A DNA stretch of 64,000 bases from an uncultured Spirochaetota bacterium. Lineage in GTDB: Bacteria; Spirochaetota; Spirochaetia; SZUA-6; DRHE01. Below the pieces are notes generated by a model. The model did no database searches, was not told the origin of the DNA, and saw nothing but the letters and a program-made list of their open reading frames with translations. Location: positions 93,532 through 157,531 of the forward strand of contig CAVTQG010000049.1 of assembly GCA_963736785.1 (NCBI GenBank), written 5' to 3'. Position numbers and translations under genes: made by a program. Below are positions 61,969-64,000 of this stretch, in pieces; position 1 is the first letter of the stretch; each line of letters opens with the position of its first letter.

Positions 61969-63330
61969 CCGGCGGCTCGCGCTCCGCGGCCCGCTTGCGC
62001 CTGCTCACCGGCGAGGACTGCGCCCGGGTCCGCGCAGCCGCCTTCCGCCTCCTGGCCGAAGTCGGAGTTCAGGTGGATGACGCGCAGGCTTCGGCGACGT
62101 CTGGTGCGGGCCGGTGCCCGCCAGGATGAGACCGGGAGGCTGCGCCTGGCCGAGGAGGTGGTGCTCCGGGCCCTGGAAAGAGTGCCTCGCCGCCTGGTTC
62201 TCTTCGATCAGGCCGGCCGGCCGGCCGTGGACACGGCGGACCCGATCCCCCGCTTCGGCCTGGGCATCAACTGCCTGCGCACGCTGGACTGGCGCACCGG
62301 CCAGCTGCGCTCCTGCAGTCTGGCGGACATCCGCGAGACCGCGCGACTGTGCGAGCAGCTGCCCAACGTGGACCTGGCCGCCAGTCTGGGCAACCCCAAT
62401 GAGCTGCCCGCCACCGAGCAGGCGCTGGCCGCGGTGCGGGCCCTGGCCGAAGGCACGCGCAAACCCCTGGCCTACGCCGCCCACGACGAAGTGGAGGATC
62501 GGGTGATCTGGGGCTGGCTGGCCGAGCGGGCCGGAGGCTGGCAGGCGCTGTCCGACCGTCCCTTCGCCCTGGACCTGACCGGCCCGCGCTCCCCCCTGGT
62601 GCTGGGGTCGGAAGCCTGCCGGCGCCTGGCCTTCGCCGCCCGCCGGCGGCTGCCCGTGGTGTGCTACCCGGCGCTGCTGCCCGGCAGCAACGGACCGGTG
62701 ACCCTGGAGGGGGCCCTGGCCCAGTCCACCGCGGAAATCCTGGCCGGTCTGGCGGTGCATCAGCTCGCGGGTCCGGGCTCTCCCGTGGTGACCGGCTCCG
62801 CCATCCTGCCCATGGACCTGCGTTCGGGAGCCATCGCCTACGGCTCCCCGGATTACGTGCTGGCCGGTCTGGCCGCCGTGGACCTTTTCGGCGAGCTGGG
62901 CATTCCCACCTGGATCGGGGCAGGCTGCTCGGACGCCCACACGGTGGACGCCCAGGCCGCCGCGGAGGCGGGCATGAACCTGCACCTGGCCGCCCTGTCC
63001 GGCACCTCCTTCATCCACAACCTGGGGTACCTGTCCGGCGGCAAGACCGGCTCCCTGGAAATGCTGGTGTTGTGCGACGAGCTGGCCGGCTCGGCGCGCC
63101 GCCTGGCCGCCGGGCTGACCGTGAGCGACGGAGCGCCTGGCCGTGCAGGTGAGCGCGCGCGCGGCGCGGGAGAACGCCTTCCTGACCGACGAGCACACCC
63201 TCGCCCACATGCGTTCCGCCCTTTGGGTCTCCGGGCCTCCTGCAGCGCGCCGGCCTTGAGGACTGGCAGGCCCGGGGCTCGCCGAGCCTGCAGCGCCGCC
63301 TGCGCGAGCGCGTGGGCGAGCTGCTGGGCT
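61965..63330 (+). CDS. MttB-superfamily methyltransferase, paralog 4 (several frame shifts)
   Basis: ATGA overlap with paralog 3. …CARVRAAAFRLLAEVGVQV…, then ORF 62077..63675 …CYPALLPGSNGPVTLEGALAQSTAEILAGL…; C-terminus …FLTDEHTLAHMRSALW…RLRERVGELLG*. Confidence 0.6.
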
Positions 63331-63340
63331 GAGAGGCGCT

Positions 63341-64000
63341 ATGGCCCCGCCGTCCGGCCCCGAACTGCTGGCCGAAGCCCAAAGGCTTCTTCCCGCGCTG
63401 TCGGCCCTGCGCCGCGACCTGCACCGCCACCCGGAACTCGGGGGACAGGAACGGCGTACCGCCGCGCGCATCGCCGCGGCGCTGCAGCGCCTCGGGCTGG
63501 AGGTGCGCACGGGCGTGGCCGGCAACGGGGTGGTGGGCCTGCTGCGCGCCCGTGCGGGCGCCGTATCCCCGGCGGTCGCCCTGCGGGCCGACATCGACGC
63601 CCTGCCGGTGCAGGAGGACAGCGACCTCCCCTACCGCTCCCTCGTGCCCGGGGTGTCCCACGCCTGCGGGCATGACGGGCACACGGCGATCCTGCTGGGC
63701 GCCGCGGAGCTGCTCCGCCGCCATGCGGCGGACTTGCCCGGCGACGTGTTGTTTGTTTTCCAGCCCAGCGAGGACACCCTGCCCGGGCGGGGCCCGGGCC
63801 ATGGTCCGCGAAGGCGCCCTGGGTCGCGCACGCGGGGTGCTCTCCCTGCACCTGAACCCGCTTTTTTCTGCGGGGACCGTGGCTTTAAGGGAGGGTTGGG
63901 CGACCTGCTCCTCGGTCAGCTTCCGCCTGCGCCTCCAGGGGCGGGGCGGGCATGTGGCCGATCCCGGGCACGCGCTCAACCCGCTGCTCCCCGCCGCGGC
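63341..64000 (+). CDS. M20-family amidohydrolase (aminoacylase/hippurate hydrolase-like), partial; frame shift near 63800
   Basis: …LHRHPELGGQERRTAARIAAAL…RADIDALPVQEDSDLPYRS…HACGHDGH (M20D metal-binding block). Continues beyond the window. Confidence 0.6.
   Translation, partial: MAPPSGPELLAEAQRLLPALSALRRDLHRHPELGGQERRTAARIAAALQRLGLEVRTGVAGNGVVGLLRARAGAVSPAVALRADIDALPVQEDSDLPYRSLVPGVSHACGHDGHTAILLGAAELLRRHAADLPGDVLFVFQPSEDTLPGRGPGHGPRRRPGSRTRGALPAPEPAFFCGDRGFKGGLGDLLLGQLPPAPPGAGRACGRSRARAQPAAPRRG

Noticed and set aside
1-64000. CRISPR arrays, tRNA/rRNA genes, IS elements and integrases
   Set aside because: I scanned for short direct repeats with regular spacing, cloverleaf-like GC-rich 75-90-nt islands and transposase or integrase motifs. 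I saw no regularly spaced repeat array, no transposase or integrase motif, and no RNA-gene-like segment. All sizeable intergenic spaces are accounted for by promoters or terminators.

Overview
High-GC (~70% by eye) bacterial chromosomal segment that is almost entirely coding, with about 55 protein-coding genes. I found no rRNA, tRNA, CRISPR array or recognisable IS/transposase. Overview (left to right): (1) a very large RHS/YD-repeat protein gene on the minus strand running off the left edge, whose 5' region carries a promoter, a short leader ORF, a signal peptide and an intein-like Hint domain, all disrupted by frame changes and an in-frame TGA; (2) a minus-strand operon TetR - MMPL/RND exporter - LolA-like lipoprotein-sorting protein - outer-membrane beta-barrel - J-domain protein, with an AT-rich regulatory region upstream; (3) a P2-type cation ATPase; (4) housekeeping genes (rarA, uppP, alaX, malQ, nudC, arcC, hisC and others); (5) a 10-gene minus-strand operon headed by an ECF sigma factor with a C-terminal extension, followed by three YciI/DGPF-like genes, YyaL, a DHFR-like gene, an alpha/beta hydrolase and DinB; (6) a ~16 kb island with four MttB-superfamily methyltransferase paralogs, a cytoplasmic molybdopterin oxidoreductase, a Dpp-like ABC importer, a PrpD/MmgE protein and an M20 amidohydrolase, with no corrinoid protein visible. 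At least 19 genes need one or more frame shifts to give a coherent product, so single-base indel assembly errors are likely and pseudogene calls are unsafe. Gene boundaries come from manual translation, and all family assignments rest on motifs I recognised, not on searches.
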